64,000 bases of DNA from Leptogorgia sarmentosa. Taxonomy: Eukaryota. The notes under the pieces were generated by a model. That model saw only the letters and a list, made by a program, of their open reading frames with translations, did not search any database and was not told where the DNA came from. Numbering within the stretch: position 1 is the first letter of the stretch; every line of letters begins with the position of its first letter. Shown piece after piece: positions 51,511 through 63,470 of this stretch. Location: positions 14,508,001 through 14,572,000 of the forward strand of contig OZ210885.1 in assembly GCA_964658305.1 (NCBI GenBank). The letters are read 5' to 3'. Both the position numbers and the translations under genes were made by a program.

Positions 51511-53397
51511 TTATGACACGTTATCAACTGTGGCTTTCCTCATACGTGATCTGTGTGCTGCAATCACCTCAACTTTATTAGCGCTTGGCGTTGGTGCAAT
51601 GTTCTTTGGAATGCTTACAAGTGCTGTTTGGACCTTGTTGTTCTGGAATGACATTACATCTTCCATTAAGTTCTGGATGAATGCAAATGACTTTCTCTCC
51701 AACACTGGTTTTGCTACCCAGCTCTGGCGCCCTTTTGGAAATACTACCTTGTATTTCTTCTCACCCTTGGCTTTCCCTTGTTTGACAGTGGCATGCATTC
51801 TTCCAGTATTGAAGTTATTGTCAATCACCGCTAACTGCGTTCTAGCTAACATTCCATTGTAAGAAAAGTGTGTGCGTTTTGGGACATACTTCAGCAGCAA
51901 GGAATGGAATACTTCAAGATTACCTGTGTGGTGTAACTCTGTAATTTTGGCAATATCCTTTAATAATTTTCTGTTTAGTACCACCTCCTCCAAAGCTACA
52001 TGTGGCGCAGATCCAGCCTCTAACCATTTGGTTTTCCGTTCTTTACTTCTAGACAAACGACCATGCCCACACATGAGAAAGTGCTTGCCATTCTTCCAGC
52101 TGTGTTTATTTACATGATGTAAGATTGATATCCACATTTCATGAAGTACTTCAGCATTGCCATTGCATGCCTGTGCACAATACCACAGATGGTTAGAGAC
52201 AGACTTTACCCATTTCATTAGCTCCTCATTCCCTTTTTTCTTGGCTTTATTGGTCAATTTTTTTGTCACCCACTTGGCCAGATGCCAGACATCATATTGG
52301 TGGACTGTTGACGGGTACTTCTTCCTCATCGCTGCTGTAATTTGTGTGTGACGATCTGTTTTTTAAGATCTAACATTAATCCCCTGATCAAGTATTTTAT
52401 TTAGTGACCGTTGGCAGCCTTCGTTCTCCATCGCATTGGAAGATGAAACTTCAGAGACTTGAACAAGAGAGAAATCAACAATTTTCCCTGACGTTTCATC
52501 CATTAACGAGTAAGTACCATACTTGGCACTATGACCAGGACTGTCCGATCGACCATCACCGCACAACTCAATTGGTTTCTTCCACAATTTCATTCTGTTG
52601 CTTTTTGTAGGCACTGTCAATTACTGGAAAAACAATCTCTTTTTGCACATTATAAAAATGTTCCTTATTGACAAAGTTCAAATTGAGAGCATTAGCAAAC
52701 TGTTTGGTAGATTCATAGGTACCTCCGGTAATAACAGTTGCTGCTGGAATCAAAATGTTACCTGCTGGCTTGTTGTTTAACTCTGGTTGTGAATTCCACT
52801 GGAAGGTGTGATTGTTGTAGCATGTTGCTTTAACTGTTACCATGCTACCATTAATAGTCTTTTCAATCTCACAGAATGAATGACATGTTTTACATGAAAT
52901 AAACAATTGGTCTAGCATGCTCTCAAACACAATAAATTTTCTTTCATTTTCTAGATCTTCACCCTCAGATTCGTCATTGGTATCTGGTTCTGGACAGACA
53001 TAATCATCACCACTATCTGAACAGTCATCACTACTACTTGAACTGTATTCCATTTCCACATCTGTGAACTGTTCAGATTCAGAGTTAGAAGTAGTACTGG
53101 TTTCAGGAGTGACTGGGAGAATAACTGGTGTTGTAGGGGGAGTGGCAATGGGACTTTTAGTGATCTCTTGAGCAGGTGGCAACCTTCGGTTTAGTGGATT
53201 TCTTTTTCAGAGGGGCAAGCGTTTGTACTCCAATAGTCCTCTGCATTGGCTTATCGCACTGACTATCCGCATCAATCAAGACTATCTGATCACACTGTGT
53301 TTCTGCATCCCGAAGTGAAATTCCTGCAGGTTCATGTTCAAGACATATATCAGTGACATCTTCATGTTCTGCATGATTCAGCAAGGTTTCTACCTCC
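51511..53397 (-). pseudogene. Kolobok-type DDE transposase, frameshifted
   Basis: CKTC...C..NH zinc motif, LCGDGRSDSPGHSAKYGTY, TDRH, YDVWHLAK, SNHLWYC and HTGNLEVFHSLLLKY. Confidence 0.8.
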
Positions 53398-56300
53398 TGT
53401 AAAACAGCTTAATTTATGAATTGTGAATAGTAGACTATCTGTGTGATATGCTCATATCTACTAATGAGCCAGCCACCCTGCCTAACCAAAACTAGAAATT
53501 GTTTACCGTCAACTAGAATTAACTGAAAATACATTAAAAATTTGACTACTACTATAAAGAGATTGGTATACATATTACAACAGATATCTAGCGGAACAGT
53601 AAAATATATTTTTCAAGTACCTCAACTCTTCTAATTTTCTCTCTGATTATTTCTCTCCTCTGCGAGAATATCCGCTCTGGTTTTCGATGTACAAAAACAG
53701 GTGGGAAATTTGTCGGCGCTGACCAAAAAATCGCGGGCACATTGTGTTTACATTCCAAAACATGGCAGAAAGTTAGCAAACGACTATTTTAGCTGACGAA
53801 TTTTTGCTTTTTATTCCAATGATGTCTAACTTAGTGCTTAATCTTTTAAAACCGATCATGAATTCCTTGTTTTGCGGTGGTTTTTTTTGCAATCGAGTGC
53901 GTGGAAGAAGTAAATATGGCGACGTTAAAATAGGACCAAATGAGTGGCAAATACCGTAAATGTCGAGATGTGGCTTGTTTAAACCGTAATCGAGGAAAAC
54001 GTGATATGAGAATGAAATGAAAGTTGAAATTATTCTTTTTATTTCTCAAATTTCCCATAATTTGTTTGTTAGTGTAACTTGTGCGATTTATACTCGAAGT
54101 ACTAGCTCGCGAAATTTGACGAATTTTGAAAATTTGTGAAAATAGCTTGACTTTGAACTGTATTTTTGTAAAAATCGCCGGTGGCCTCAATTTCAAATAT
54201 AGCTAAATGAAAAGAAACACTTCTTTGGCGTTTAGTGGTACCAAACCTATCAACAGGAAAATAGGGCCTCATGATGCTTTAGTTAAGTGTTTGAGACCCA
54301 CTTGCTTCACACGTGTTGTGGTCAAATTCTGGCCAAGAATCAAAGGCCCAAAAGTGAATTTGCATCATCAAATCTGCTTCGAGAAAGGTCTAGTTTAAAA
54401 ATATAGCTTTTAATTTAGATTTCGTGAGCATAATTTGGTTAGAAATGAAATATTTTTGTATTTGATGAGATTCAAAATTTTGTGTTTATTCAAGTCAGGC
54501 TTTAGTGTAATTATAATGATAACCGGCAATGAAATGAAGATATTTCAAAAACTGGCGGTGGCCTCACGATGAAACATTCCCAAAATACTCTCCACTTCAT
54601 GTATTTTCTTGTGATACTTTACTTGTAAGCGTCAAAATAGGGCCCTGAACAGCCCCGGGGTTTGTATTTTAGCCTTCGGTAGAAGTGAAATCTCACGCCT
54701 CATCACAAGTTATCTTGCTCCGCCGTGATTTGTGCTCTGTTGCTGATATTTAAACCTTTACGACATAAATATTGTCATCCTCGTTACGATACGAACATTT
54801 CACAGAAGATTCTAATTATTGCAGATTAACTTTTGACTGTAAACAGTAGGTAGAAGTATGCCATTTAGAATCGACACAAGATTTGTTTTGATTGTTCGTG
54901 AAATGTACATTTCTTCTTCCCGCAAAATACACGCACGTCTCGTGGGGATTTCCCGCGCATGCTCAGTCAATTTTCCCACCTGTTATGTACAAATGGGAAT
55001 ATAGAGGGTACACTTCCAGCTTTTAATGTTTTTTTCGTTTTAAGACCAAACATCTCTTTAAGAGAGCCGTCAAAACATTCAGAGGCGAAATGCACGCTAC
55101 AAACATAGCATGAATTTGCTTTCGGCAGGTTCTCACGACGAATCCTTATGAGCCATGTAAGGCCTAAAGATTATTAACCTAAGATTTGGTATGGACGATA
55201 AGAAGTTTACTATCTTTCATTTGAACCTAAATTGTTATTATTACATTTATGTAATATTACAACTCTGCACGATTGAATTCCTTGGTTTATTTTCCCCATT
55301 TTGTGTTTTATTAGGTTATATTTTGTAGTTTTAGTTGTGTCCCTGCGTCCTACGTCTTCGGATATAATATACTGTCTGCATTGGACACGTTTATCCATGT
55401 CAAGCATTGAAACTAAAGTTCTTTTGAACCTAAATTGTTCCGAACAATGACTTCCCCTTTAACTGTGCTGACATGAGCATATTGTATATTATATAATATA
55501 TAGAACATTAAAAGTCCAACCATAGACGACTCATAGACAAGTAAATGGAGATATTTATTGTATTGATATTATTCATTTATTCTGATAGTTGTATAGATTT
55601 TGTTAATGGTAAAAAATGTTCATTTGATACAAAGTGGCTGTTCAATATTTGTATCTGTATTATTTCTCGGGGGTAAATTCTTGACACGTAATCCCAACGT
55701 GATATTTTCCTGATCTCGATATTTTGCTGATCTCAATAGACAAATTGTTTTTGGTTGTATTATTGTAACATTCTTGTTTCTCTCGAGACTTTGAAGGTGT
55801 GGTAGCATCCAAGGGTGCTGAGTCCGAACAGACCCCCAGACTGTGAGAACTCCTAAAATTACAGACACCCTTTAAATACTTTGATCATACATATGTTTTT
55901 GCCAAGTTTACATCCAAAACAAAAAATATATTTTAAATCCAAACAATCCAACAACCCACATTATAAGAATTAAAAACTAGGCAGATGCGAATCATCATGG
56001 GGCAACCCTCAGCACAAGTAATAGATAGGAGGCTTAAAAACACTGCAAATTTACCAAAGATTTGGGAGAGATGCCAACTTACATTAAAATAGTTACTATT
56101 TATTTTAGAATCTGTAAATGGATATGTAGCCTTCGTAACTAATTATAAGGATCATGAAGAATCAAGTTGCAGTCAATTACAATAAAAATTTGTGAAGTTT
56201 CACAAACTTTTGTTTATAGTATAGTTTCCCGTGTATGCACTCACTCATGCATGTCATTTTGCAATTCTCACGCGATCTAAAAATAGCAGATGTCTGAAAT

Positions 56301-57589
56301 GTAAACAACACATTTGATTATGAGATTCTATGTTCTGTGTATTACATGTAATGCTTGAAGAACAATAACTAAACCAAACTGATGGATAGGGCATTGCCGG
56401 AATTACAATCACAACGGCTTTGAAAGTTAAATTTCGATAAATTATAGATAAATTACAAAATATTGATCAATTGTATGTGCTTTTTATTTGCAATCTATTA
56501 CAACATTTTATGTTGAACTTTCACAAACTTTTTAATAGCTACCATGCATGCATGCATGCATGTCAATTTTTGATCTGTGTATTAATACTAAAAGAACAAT
56601 ATTTATTAAACCAAATTGAAGGATAGGGTCATTGCCCAAATTAGAATCATAAATTACTCTGAAACCTGCTAGACTTTGCGGTAATGCACTGTTGTTCACA
56701 CTATTCTGCATGCACTGGTTCACACATAATACAAAATATACATATTACCGACATATGAATAAAAGAAACTCTTTTGAAAATATTTTTCAACGCAAATACT
56801 GACCGACCTATGTACGTACATGCATACAAGGCATGTTTCACGGTATGACCACGAAACGAGGGGCTCGCCCCAATAATGGCATTTTTGCATGACGAGGCAA
56901 AGTGCGGCGGCATTTCAATACCTGGCAATGCAAACGTTCCAGGGCAAACAAACGAACATATGAACCATAATACACCGCGGCCGCTCTTCATGATAGTCCA
57001 CCATATTTTTGAGATCAGTGATGACCACCCATACACCATGACCCAAAATGGCTGCCAATTTGGTGAACTTCAGACTCCGCTTTGCTTTTCTTTACCCACA
57101 CGTAAATAGCCGAGCGAAATTACTACCCTCGCCTCTGGCGGTGCTTTGCGCCGTCCGCTTGGGGATCAATCATGAATTCAATGAAAAAATATAATAGCAA
57201 AATATAATCAAACCCCAAGTAGCCCGAGTGAACGCCTGATAGGCGTCTTGTTAACTGATAATTGCATGTTGCATTTATGACGAATGTAACTAATAAATTA
57301 TCCAGCTGTAAATCATTTAAAACTAAAATAAAATATTTGGAACAAATAGAGTTTTTATGATTTTTGTTTGTATTCTGACCCATAATTGTATATTAGTTAG
57401 TGCTCATTGAAAAATGTGAAAGGAAGGAGCGGGGGACTGGTGAGGAAACAGTCACAATGCTCGGGTTGAATACTTAACGAGGTGGCCCATGTGATACCGA
57501 ACTCATCTACTGCTCGTTGATGTTAGCTGATACAGCAACATAACAATTGTGATTCCACATTTACAATCCCTGTCAATCGTGTACGAAAC

Positions 57590-59807
57590 TAGGTAGGTAA
57601 GGTGTCGCTATTTATTATATTTATGTAATATTACAACTCTGCACGATTGTCTTCCTTGGTTAATTTTCGCCATTTTGTGTTTTATTAGGTTATATTTTGT
57701 AGTTTTAGTTGTGTCCCTGCGTCTTACGTCTTCAGATATAATATTATACTGTCTGCATTGGACATGTTTATCCATGTCAAGCATTGAAACTAAAGTTCTT
57801 ATTCTTGGTCACTCATTTGTGAGACGTTTTAAACATGATTTGAATTCATATTTCGATCCAAGGGCACGAAAAGACTTTAACCTGAGCAGCACAGCTTTGG
57901 TTTGCCTTCATGGTGTCGGGGGCAGAACTGTGGATAAGTTGTGGTGCTCTGGTTTGACTGCTGTCAAAGACACGTGCCCAGAGATACTTATTTTAGAAAT
58001 AGGAACTAACGATCTTTCGTATGGGAAGCCTGAAACTGTTGGATCCTCCTTTGACGATTTCGTTCTATTTATTTTGAACGAAATTGCAAGCTTCTGGGTA
58101 ATCGGCATTTGCCATGTGATTCCTCAAGGCATAAATTCGTTTCTTGATGCTAAGGAATGTGCGTGTTGTGTTGGCACAATATTCGAACGTTTTCTGCTGG
58201 GAACACAAACAGTTCAATAGTGTTTTTATTTATATTTATCGGATGGCGTCCATCTCAATAATTTGGGCCAATATTTTTTATACCAAAGCTATTGTGGTGC
58301 GATATTGAAAGGTTTAACCATGTTGTAGTTAAATGTCTTCAATATCTTCTTACTGGATTACCCCAGTTGTCCAAGGTGAACTATAGCCGTAGCGTCAACC
58401 TTGTGTTTGACAGGGCTAGTCCTTGAGACAAACTTGTGCAATATACCTTTAATATAATCATTGCTTACTCGTTAATTTACATTCAGTGTACCAGTGAGGT
58501 TTGTTACTTTACCTTTTGGCATTTGTTTGTTTGTATTTGTTTGCCAGTGTGGTTTGTAACCATTTGGCTTGTTTCATATTCGTTAGAAACAGTGCAACCA
58601 GTGAGGTTTATTGACCTTTTGGTCCAATTATATAAACATGTAATAATTTTATCTCAAAATAAACACCAGGGGAATTACATTCCCTTCTTCGCATATTCTT
58701 GTTTGCTGTGCCAGCAATGATCTGTCTAGTTTTGATTATCCCTAACAGTCACAATGCCCCCAAAGAAAAGTTTGCGGTCTAAAAGTAAGAATGATGGGGC
58801 CAACTGCCCAGCCAAACGACCACGGCAAGCCTTTACAGTTTCAAAACGGAAGCCACAGGCAGCTCCCTGCTATTCCGCAGCGCAGTCTGAAAGTGCCCCA
58901 TGTTCTGCAGCTCTATCAGAACCACCAGTGGGTCCAGCAGCGGAACTGCGAACATTCCCACTGGACTTCCTTGACCAACTAGTAACCCGAGTAGCAGACA
59001 AGGTCACACAACGTATTACCAGTGCAAATGAGGAAGCTACTGGCCCCACTTTATCCACCTCCACTTCCTCCGAGGGCGCGAGCCGACAATGGTATGGATG
59101 CAGTCGGCCAACATTCCATCAAGTCCACCAATGCCGTTGGTTCTCTGGTCGAAGAAGCAGTGGTATCTTCCCAACTGTCAATTGCAGGTATACCTTACAC
59201 TGATACGCTTGCCTTCCCTGGCCATCAATTGCAGTCCACCAGTATGGATATCGATGCTCATGTGCCTGATAAACTGAAGGCAAAAATTTGGAAGAATGAG
59301 TTTGTAGATTTTAGTTCGCTTTTGTCCAATCAAGTTTCAATTAGCAGTTAGTAATTTAGATGGGAGCAACTATTTGCCTGGAGCCAATTAGCCGCAACCA
59401 AAAGATTGTCCATATCGTGGAAGTTTACACTCGCCGATTCCCTGCAGAGGCCCCCAATTTAATGAAATATGGCGAAATTGTTCAAGATTTAGCATCCAGG
59501 GGTTTTCACTGGCAACTCTCTGATGAAAATTTGCAGTTCCTCCGGCAGAGCTCGGCCTCAACTTTGCCTTAGGGGAAGTATGCACTGGGAGCTATGGTTA
59601 CGTGCTCAGCCATCATCTTCTGCATTTAATAGGCGTTTTCAGGCCGTTGCTAATCTAAATCCATTGGGATTTGGCATGTGTTGGTTGTGCCTTTAAACAT
59701 ACTTGTTTTCAGTGTCAACACCAGCATCGCGTAAGCCAGTGTACTTTTCGTCCCCAATTTCAAATTTCAAAGCAGCTCGCTATTCTTTTTAGTATCCATT
59801 GTCAAAC
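57590..59807 (+). mobile_element. Decayed relative of the SGNH-carrying Ngaro element (SGNH and gag, cut at the start of RT)
   Basis: KVLILGHSFVRRFK, GVGGRTV, LEIGTNDL and DGVHL, then MPPKK..., KAKIWKNEFVDF, EAPNLMKYGEIVQDLASRG and C.FKHTCFQC. Collinear with 38782-40930. Confidence 0.88.
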
Positions 59808-59816
59808 GTATTTACT

Positions 59817-61226
59817 ATGGAAAATAACGACTTCGAAATCGATTTTGATCGGGAGCTCAATGTAAGGCAAACTCGCCGTGTATATCTCATCACTTATTCC
59901 CAAGCAGATCTTGGTAAAATACCAAATTGCCAGGCGTTTGTTGATTGTATACTTGAGGCATTTTCACAAAGAAACGAGAACCAGGCGAGTCATCCAGAAC
60001 ACTGGTCGTGCTGCATGGAGGATCATCGAGATGGGGGTAAGCATTATCACTTGGCTATCAAACTGAGTGGACCAAAGCGGTGGAATGCGGCGAAGAACTA
60101 TGTAAGACAAAAACACGGAATTACCCTGCATTTCTCCGACCAATCCTATGGGTACCATGTTGCCTACAAGTATGTTTGCAAGAGCAAGCCACTCACCGAC
60201 GTTCTCCACAGTCCTGCTCACCCCAATTTACAGGATATTGGCTCTCCAAAAACCAAACATGCCTTTACACAATTTTCCAATAACGCGAAGAAAAGGAAAA
60301 TCGCATCATCAACAACCAATGCGGAAGTAAATGAAAACGTTGCAGAGAGTTCTTCGAAAGCCAGCAAGAAGTTATCGAACATGGACGTTTCAGAATTTAT
60401 CGTTGCGAATGGTATTAGAAGCGATAATGAGTTAATGGCCGTCGCAAAAAGTCGACATTGTGAAGGTGAAAAGGATTTGTACAAATTCATCATAAACAAG
60501 TCTTCAAAATCGCTGTCAGAACTCATTGACATGACATGGAAAATGAATGACGCCTCAAAGAATGTTCAAAGGACAAGGGCGTCAAGAATGTCAATCCTCA
60601 GAGCCCATCTCGAAAAACAATGTTCACCTGCTTGCGAGGGACAGTGGTTGATGTGTGCAAAGCAAGTACTCCAGCAAAATGGAATTAATTTGTATTGTTT
60701 TGCTTCAGCCCTGCGCCAGCTTCTCGAGAAGGGGAGACAGAAGCGATTGAATGTCCTGCTCGTTGGCCCGACAAATTGCGGAAAATCATTTCTTCTCAAT
60801 CCACTGGAGTTAATATACAAAACGTTCATTAATCCGGCTACCGGAAAGTATGCTTGGGTCGGCTTAGATGAATGTGAAGTAGCATACTTGAATGATTTTC
60901 GATGGTCACCAGAATTAATCAGATGGAGTGACTTTCTGTTGCTCTTGGAAGGGCAGACAGTCCATCTTCCAAGGCCAAAGAATATGTTTGCCACCGATTT
61001 GTGTATTCCACGAGAAAACACCATCCCAATTTTCGCAACCAGTAAGGGTCCGATTGAGTTTTTCGGGAAATACAACAGCCGTGACGAGCGTGAGAATGAT
61101 ATGATGTCATCCAGATGGAATATATTCACATTCTGCGTCCAGATTCCGCCAAATGATTGCAAGGATATGAATCCATGTGCTCGTTGCTTCAGTAGTCTAG
61201 TCATGTCTGGAAGTGATGTTGAGTGA
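59817..61226 (+). CDS. Rolling-circle Rep: HUH endonuclease fused to a superfamily 3 helicase (CRESS/parvovirus NS1-like)
   Basis: Uninterrupted frame of about 470 aa. RCR motif I YLITYS, motif II KHYHLAI, motif III YKYVCK. Walker A GPTNCGKS, Walker B-like AYLNDF, motif C-like IFATS, Arg-finger-like SRW. Confidence 0.9.
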   Translation: MENNDFEIDFDRELNVRQTRRVYLITYSQADLGKIPNCQAFVDCILEAFSQRNENQASHPEHWSCCMEDHRDGGKHYHLAIKLSGPKRWNAAKNYVRQKHGITLHFSDQSYGYHVAYKYVCKSKPLTDVLHSPAHPNLQDIGSPKTKHAFTQFSNNAKKRKIASSTTNAEVNENVAESSSKASKKLSNMDVSEFIVANGIRSDNELMAVAKSRHCEGEKDLYKFIINKSSKSLSELIDMTWKMNDASKNVQRTRASRMSILRAHLEKQCSPACEGQWLMCAKQVLQQNGINLYCFASALRQLLEKGRQKRLNVLLVGPTNCGKSFLLNPLELIYKTFINPATGKYAWVGLDECEVAYLNDFRWSPELIRWSDFLLLLEGQTVHLPRPKNMFATDLCIPRENTIPIFATSKGPIEFFGKYNSRDERENDMMSSRWNIFTFCVQIPPNDCKDMNPCARCFSSLVMSGSDVE

Positions 61227-61288
61227 AAGTGTGCACGTGAAACGTTTTGAATTTTTTTAAACATTTAAAGCCAGGCAATACTATTTTA

Positions 61289-61513
61289 TGACACGTTACC
61301 ACACACGTTACCATTAAAATACTATACTAATTTAAAGGATACAACACGTTACCACACGTTACCATCATTTTTTAAAGAAGTATTATACTTCTTTTTAAAT
61401 AATTGTGGTAACGTGTGGTAACGTGTCACAAAAGATTAATTTTATGCTCTTACCTAAAGATAGCGTTTGGTAACGTGTTGGTAACATGTTGGTAACGTGG
61501 TGGTAACGTGTCA
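61289..61513. repeat. Palindromic iteron-like array with central hairpin (candidate replication origin)
   Basis: CACGTTACCA at 61292, 61304, 61345 and 61355. Inverted copies at 61406, 61416, 61468, 61479 (one mismatch), 61490 and 61501. Hairpin AAAGAAG-TATTATA-CTTCTTT at 61374-61394. Confidence 0.9.
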
Positions 61514-61610
61514 ACTTAGACTGTACATAGTTGAGTTTTGAGTAATATTTATTTACTTTGAGACTACAACATGCATTTGAGGTATATCTAGGTACAATAC
61601 GTTAAGTAAT

Positions 61611-62330
61611 TTAATACTTTGTTCTGTTACCATTTCCTGCAACAATAAGCTGCATTCGTTTGTTCATTGAAAGAATTGTTTTATTAATTGTTTCGACTGG
61701 AACGTTCTTCATGGTGTATTTTATCCGCTCTGAAAATGCAGCGAAAGACTCTTTCGTGATTTTGTTTCTTAAAGCGTCGTCTTGAAGCTGTTTGCGCACA
61801 AGATGAAATATATTTTCAATCGGATTGATATCTGGAGACCGTGGAGGAATGGCGAACATTCTACACCCTAAATTTTCCATTGCTTTACGAGCAACTCTGG
61901 AACACTGTCGTGGATCTCCGTCCTGAAGAAACAGTTTTCCACGAGGATTAGCACTGTTATCAAAGACTGAACTGAAATGCTCTGCAACGAATTCGGCGAA
62001 CATTTTTCCGGTAAGTTTGGAATGATATTGTTCGCAACTTATTACACCCTTGCCGAAAGCAATTGCTACAAAAAAGTTTGCTGTTTTCCCACCGCTCCCC
62101 TCTTTTTTCCCTTTAGACGTATACACTAAACCCTCTCCAGCCTTTCGCCAATTTCGTGCTCCACTTGATCTGGCTTCATTGTGGGGATTCGTTTTGTGTA
62201 CAAATCCAACACCGTCAAAGTAAAAGCTAATCCCTTCCGTCCAGAATTCCTCTTTAAGCTGTTTCAAAACTTTCTTTGCAAAATTTGCTCGTTTGTTTTT
62301 ATCGGCTTCGGTAAGAAGACCCTTCTTTAT
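61611..62330 (-). CDS. Tc1-family DD34E transposase catalytic domain, 5' truncated
   Basis: SFYFDGVGF, FLQDGDP, then 34 residues to the E of SPDINPIE; C terminus GNRTKY*. The N-terminal HTH domain is missing. Confidence 0.9.
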   Translation of the reverse strand: MKKGLLTEADKNKRANFAKKVLKQLKEEFWTEGISFYFDGVGFVHKTNPHNEARSSGARNWRKAGEGLVYTSKGKKEGSGGKTANFFVAIAFGKGVISCEQYHSKLTGKMFAEFVAEHFSSVFDNSANPRGKLFLQDGDPRQCSRVARKAMENLGCRMFAIPPRSPDINPIENIFHLVRKQLQDDALRNKITKESFAAFSERIKYTMKNVPVETINKTILSMNKRMQLIVAGNGNRTKY

Positions 62331-63470
62331 AACGTACATACTGATTTCAAGTTAAACCATTAACTTTACAACTGTTATGGACTTGGCTTGTTTCCTATCC
62401 GATTATTTTAGTTATCCATGTGGAAATTTCCGGGGAAAATCTGACTGTGCACTCTGCTTAGACTAAGTATAACTGGCGGCGTATATGAACTCTCCCTTAC
62501 TTCGTTCAATGTAGTTTGTATTTTCTTTAAATTTATAAGAATATGATTCGATTATGAGTTAGTGTCCTTATATATACAAATATTAAGAATATAATTTTCT
62601 ATTCACATTAATTATTATATAACTACAATAAAATCAAAGTCAAAGACACTCGCGCAAACATTTGAGGCTAAACCATTTTGAAGCCATCCATCAGAAAACT
62701 CGGTCAAAGCATCAGGATGCCCCGCTACCCACCTCCCTCCCCCCCCCCCAACTGCCAATGTCGATCAGTTCGAGATGTCTCCGATTGTTGTGGTTGCTTG
62801 TTTTTATCTATTTCAAAAGATTGCTACGAAAAGAAAATAGCCACAGCACACTTGATACCTTAGGGGAAAACCCGCCTTTCTATCGACTGTAAATTCATTG
62901 TTTCTTTGCTAATTGACAATAGTTGAATGTTATTTTATGTTCACAAGAGTGACTGCTTATGCTAAATAAACTACAACAATAAATATATTTGATAAAGTTT
63001 GATGAATATATCGAAAATATGTAGAATGATTTTCGTGATTGCAATTATACCATGATCGGGGACGCTGGTTTTATCTATTTCAAAAGACTGCTTGGAAAGG
63101 AAAAGAGCTGCATGCATGAAATATTGTTGTTTTTCTTTGCAAATACCAAATAGACATGATAAAATGTTTTAAACATATGATTTAAGTTGTTTGTTCAATG
63201 TCATAGTGAGACGATAGTTTCTAAGTACTAATTAATGTCGCGTCAAATTTGCAAATATTTCATTGAAATTTAGAGCGCATTGGATTGTGTCCCCAAAAAA
63301 AAAATTTTTCATTTGTTATATATTAGTTTCGAATGACCGAGATGCAGTATCGAGTTACATGTGTTCGTGAAACACGAGGCCAGTGTGAAGAACACATAGA
63401 ATTGTGTTCACATCATTCACAGTGAACAGATGTGTGCTTTTCCGCTCTGACAGAATTAAAGAGCATTTAC

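Larger units (their letters stand above)
51057..55458. mobile_element. Kolobok DNA transposon with TTAA TSDs, internally deleted
   Basis: TTAA|AGGGGAGGTCATTGTT ... AACAATGACTTCCCCT|TTAA. Inverted similarity continues at 51074-51134 versus 55178-55236. Two convergent genes lie inside. Confidence 0.85.

Noticed and set aside
54790..54815. EHFTEDS peptide resembling a THAP motif in the Kolobok
   Set aside because: It is on the strand opposite the transposase and lacks the surrounding Cys/Trp motifs.
59817..61226. Rep as part of the Helitron/Helentron
   Set aside because: The helicase is SF3-type rather than PIF1, and the gene is far from and unlike the Helentron Rep at 33.9 kb.
60566..61264. 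232-aa antisense ORF as a capsid gene
   Set aside because: It lies almost wholly opposite Rep, has no capsid-like features I can recognise and is best explained as a shadow frame.
61289..61513. CRISPR-like array
   Set aside because: Repeats are only 10 bp, occur in both orientations and lack regular unique spacers. There are no cas genes and the context is eukaryotic.
59805..62342. AACGTA..TACT at both edges of the Rep-Tc1 cassette as a TSD
   Set aside because: The match is short and imperfect, and the decayed Ngaro does not clearly resume after 62342.
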